Assembly (NCBI GenBank): GCA_002794465.1
Contig: MTSL01000041.1
Coordinates: 15,464 to 25,401, forward strand
Source of the DNA: Paramicrosporidium saccamoebae KSL3
Lineage: Eukaryota > Fungi > Cryptomycota
Reading direction: 5' to 3'
Length of the DNA stretch: 9,938 bases
In this document: piece after piece, positions 7,387-9,938 of the stretch
Position numbering within the stretch: position 1 is the first letter of the stretch
How the letters are laid out: each line of letters starts with the position of its first letter
Position numbers and translations under genes: made by a program
The notes under the pieces: generated by a model
What the model saw: the letters and a program-made list of their open reading frames with translations, nothing else
The model's database searches: none
Told to the model about the DNA's origin: nothing

Positions 7387-7479
7387 CTTGTTCAGTCCGT
7401 CAGTGTTCATCCAACGGAATAACAAAGATATATATTTCGCTGTCCTCGACTGCCCCAAATACCTAGCTAATCAATCCAC
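7387..7479 (-). ncRNA. Candidate box C/D snoRNA 2
   Basis: On the - strand: C-like TTGATTA (7474-7468), D'-like TCGA, G.U-containing hairpin GGACAGCGAA..TTTGTTATTCC, C'-like GGATGAA, D box CTGA (7395-7392). The C-to-D span is 83 nt, versus 82 nt in candidate 1. Confidence 0.4.
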
Positions 7480-7486
7480 TATACTA

Positions 7487-7500
7487 CACACACACACACA
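7487..7500. repeat. (CA)7 microsatellite
   Basis: CACACACACACACA read directly; reads (TG)7 just downstream of the SCJ1-like stop codon. Confidence 0.9.
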
Positions 7501-7528
7501 AATCGCAGACATTGCATAATTTAAATTT

Positions 7529-8713
7529 TTATAATTCCTCATGAGTATTTGCAGGCATAGGGAATACTTTGTCCAACAGCACGCTTTGATCCCGGCTAAT
7601 CTTGGACGGCAGGATGACACGATATTTTACAAACAAATCACCGCGTTTGTTGGAATCTTTGCGTGGCATTCCTTGTCCCACCAGCCGCTCCACAAAGTCG
7701 CTCTGGGTGGTGTCTTTGCGGACAAGTTCAATCGTCGTTCCATCGAGCTGAACAATGTCCTTTTTGAATCCCAGCAACGCCTCTCGGAGGGTAAGATTCA
7801 CCGTCGTATAGAGATGGATTCCATCGCGCTGATACATTGGATGCTCCTCAGTCCTGATTACGACAATCAAATCTCCCGTCTCGCGATCCGGGTTCTCATC
7901 CGCCATCTCGCTGAACCTGAATTGCTCTCCATCCTTAACCCCAGGCGGGATGACCACCTCAATCTTTTCCTGCTCCCGGCCCACACGCTGTCCGCCGCAC
8001 TCTCCGCAGGCCTTTCCAAATGTTGAGCCGCGTCCTTCGCAATGATCGCAGCGCATCTGCATTTGCTGGATAAATCCAGGTGCCACTTGTTGAACTGCAA
8101 TATATGAGCCCATTCCCTTACATTTGGAGCACTTTTTCACCTCTTTCGGGTCGTGTGCACCAGTTCCGTGACAGCCTGAGCAAAGCTTGACACGAGTGTA
8201 TTCGACAAACATGGACCGTCCAGTGAACAAATCCTCAAGGATTACGGCAAGCTCCGTCTGGCTGCTGGGCCCACGACCTCTTCCTCTCCCACCTCCGCGA
8301 CCACCGAAAATATCGTCCATATCAAACATGTCTTCAAACATCTTTCGGAAAATGTCATCGTATCTGGCATGGTCATGACCACCCGCCGAGTCGTCCACCG
8401 CCTTTGCTCCGCCACGATCATATCTCGCCCGTTTTTGGTCGTCATTCAGCACATCAAATGCCCGGCTAAGCTTATAGAACGTCTCCTCCGCACCCTCGTT
8501 CTTGTTCTTGTCAGGGTGGTACTGCCGGGCCAGCTTGCGGTACTGACGGGCCAATTCATCCTTGTTAAACCCCTTGCGGGTGAGACTGAACCACTTGTAA
8601 TAAGCGTCCTTTTCATTCTCGTCAAAAGTTGGATTTAACGCCTGTACGAGCGCCAGCACCAGGAACAGAAAGAGAAACGGCGGATACATGTGATTGGCCA
8701 GAATTTTTATCAT
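7529..8713 (-). CDS. SCJ1: ER-luminal type I DnaJ/Hsp40 co-chaperone (SCJ1-like), 394 aa
   Basis: Hydrophobic signal peptide (FLFLFLVLALVQA), J-domain with HPD, G-rich linker, four CxxCxGx repeats, C-terminal substrate-binding domain and terminal HEEL. The true start may be Met9 (8689). Confidence 0.85.
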   Translation of the reverse strand: MIKILANHMYPPFLFLFLVLALVQALNPTFDENEKDAYYKWFSLTRKGFNKDELARQYRKLARQYHPDKNKNEGAEETFYKLSRAFDVLNDDQKRARYDRGGAKAVDDSAGGHDHARYDDIFRKMFEDMFDMDDIFGGRGGGRGRGRGPSSQTELAVILEDLFTGRSMFVEYTRVKLCSGCHGTGAHDPKEVKKCSKCKGMGSYIAVQQVAPGFIQQMQMRCDHCEGRGSTFGKACGECGGQRVGREQEKIEVVIPPGVKDGEQFRFSEMADENPDRETGDLIVVIRTEEHPMYQRDGIHLYTTVNLTLREALLGFKKDIVQLDGTTIELVRKDTTQSDFVERLVGQGMPRKDSNKRGDLFVKYRVILPSKISRDQSVLLDKVFPMPANTHEEL

Positions 8714-8748
8714 TTCTCCACTTGTAGCATTCCATTACCAATATTGTA

Positions 8749-8875
8749 AATAGTTAAAATGCCATGACCCAGCCGGGTGACCAACCTTTAGGCTCTTTAA
8801 TTGAGACCATAGGTAGTTGAATTATAGTGGCCCTAGACCTAAACCGGGTTACTGGCCGTTGAGATTTTAACTATT
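8749..8875 (+). other. Nested fold-back element with 12-bp terminal inverted repeats (structured ncRNA candidate or MITE-like relic)
   Basis: AATAGTTAAAAT (8749-8760) and ATTTTAACTATT (8864-8875) are perfect inverted repeats. Inner stems are GCCA/TGGC, TGACCC/GGGTTA, ACCT/AGGT and GG-CTC/GAG-CC. Confidence 0.45.
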
Positions 8876-8995
8876 GATACTGTAAATAATTAGGACGTTA
8901 TGACTCTAAGCAAATCTTTAGGCTTCCTACACTCACACTCGCACTCGCGCCAATATTTATATTCTCACTTCACCTCAACCTCACACTTTTAGATC

Positions 8996-9337
8996 TTAAT
9001 CCAAGAGATACGCCGGTATTCGTTCGGGTGGCATACCACATGCCATCAGTAATTCAAAGTCCCTTGCCTCATCCTCTGGCAAATCCGACCTCGCCGGATC
9101 TAGTAGCCTCATTAGTTTAATTCGAAGTGTCTCCAGAGAGGTTCCGGTAGCAAGAGTGGCATACAGCATCTTTTTGGGATCATTGAGCATGGCGAGGACT
9201 CGTTCTCTGCGTGCCTTGGCGTGAATACTGTAGCCGTCCAATTGCTCTGCCATTAGCACTTCCATTTCTTGTGGATCACTAAGGAACCTTGGATATCCAT
9301 CTTCGGCAGTTTCAGTGTAGTCTTCAGTCGTTTCCAT
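8996..9337 (-). CDS. Hypothetical protein, 113 aa, acidic and helical
   Basis: ATG-initiated ORF that fills the space between neighbours without overlap; protein-like composition; followed by AATATAAATA and GU-rich sequence on its strand. No family recognised. Confidence 0.65.
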   Translation of the reverse strand: METTEDYTETAEDGYPRFLSDPQEMEVLMAEQLDGYSIHAKARRERVLAMLNDPKKMLYATLATGTSLETLRIKLMRLLDPARSDLPEDEARDFELLMACGMPPERIPAYLLD

Positions 9338-9399
9338 TGAACGAGAACGGAATTATGTTCAACTTTACTGGCGTGACTCGGGAAAAGATTATTTAGTTA

Positions 9400-9938
9400 A
9401 TGACGGAGCCGCCTACGAAAAAAGCACGAGCTCCAACGACACAAGCTCCAACGACACGAGCTCTAGCGGCACGGGTTTTACCTTTTGAACACTTGTATTT
9501 GGAACGGCTACCTGCTTCTGCGTTTTATGAGCGGAGTTATATGCATAGGGACACTGTCTCTCACGTCGTCACTGCTGGTGACTATTTATTAACCGCCAGT
9601 GTTGACGGTCACTTGAAATTCTGGCGTCGTATCGTTGCAGAGGTTGGACAGACTGCTAATACGACCGGCATTGTCGAGTTTTTGAAAACTTTTCGTGCCC
9701 ACAACGGTCTCATAACGGCAGTTGTGACGAGTTTGGATGGTCAACGGGTGGCCACGCTTTCGGTGGACGAAACGGTCAAGATTTTTGATGTAAAGAACCT
9801 AGATATGGTGACAATGAAGAAACTCGATTTTGTGCCAGAGACGGCTTGTTGGGTATCCGACAGCTTGCTAATCTCTGATAAAAATTCTCCTCGGTTAGTA
9901 ATGCTCAGCAGCATGGATTCAGATAACTGCCAAGATTT
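9400..9938 (+). CDS. PPWD1: Peptidylprolyl isomerase domain and WD repeat-containing protein 1 (Cyp15-like), N-terminal WD40 part, 3'-partial
   Basis: Open frame from ATG 9400 to the window end, absent from the ORF track. [70 protein letters not shown] matches the recalled PPWD1 N-terminus ([34 protein letters not shown]). Confidence 0.92.
   Translation, partial: [179 protein letters not shown]
9424..9473 (+). repeat. In-frame 15-nt tandem repeat, about 3 copies
   Basis: GAGCTCCAACGACAC AAGCTCCAACGACAC GAGCTCTAGCGGCAC, encoding [15 protein letters not shown]. Confidence 0.8.

Noticed and set aside
8764-8820. 18-codon mini-ORF MTQPGDQPLGSLIETIGS with GCCATG context
   Set aside because: Too short to distinguish from chance, and the region is better explained by base-pairing.
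8761-8865. TPP riboswitch, HDV-like ribozyme, RNase P/MRP or tRNA-Sec interpretation of the fold-back
   Set aside because: Only superficial words match (TTGAGA, ACCT..CCGG-GTTA-CTGG). The ACCUGAU/GCG-AGG core, HDV L3 and J4/2, CR-I GGAA and TTC T-loop are all missing.
9374-9388. TGACTC (AP-1/Gcn4-like) and TTTTCCCG (E2F-like, - strand) sites in the divergent promoter
   Set aside because: Short, imperfect single occurrences expected by chance; not called as features.

Overview
Gene-dense, intron-poor eukaryotic window with 62-373 nt spacers and five GT-AG introns of 33-49 nt. It is most compatible with a compact early-diverging fungal or Rozellomycota-type genome that still translates a mitochondrial genome (inference). 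Gene order: an unresolved coding-like stretch (1-450); a 4-exon CNOT11-like gene missed by the ORF track (+); NIF3 (+); a CCX/NCLX-type cation/Ca exchanger (+); mitochondrial IF2 (+, 1 intron); a PHO13/PGP-type HAD phosphatase (+, 1 intron); an ER DnaJ of SCJ1 type (-); a 113-aa orphan (-); and the 5' part of the WD40-cyclophilin PPWD1 (+, runs off the window). The most interesting signals are non-coding. A CCCC(T)GGTCCG-like motif lies 23-35 nt upstream of five consecutive start codons. Two parallel box C/D snoRNA-like units follow stop codons and share 16/18 nt at their 5' ends. A 127-nt nested fold-back has 12-bp terminal inverted repeats. A 15-copy GATTCTG heptamer array sits upstream of mtIF2. 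No mobile element, CRISPR array, tRNA or rRNA could be supported. All family calls rest on manual motif recognition and recalled reference sequences, not database searches.
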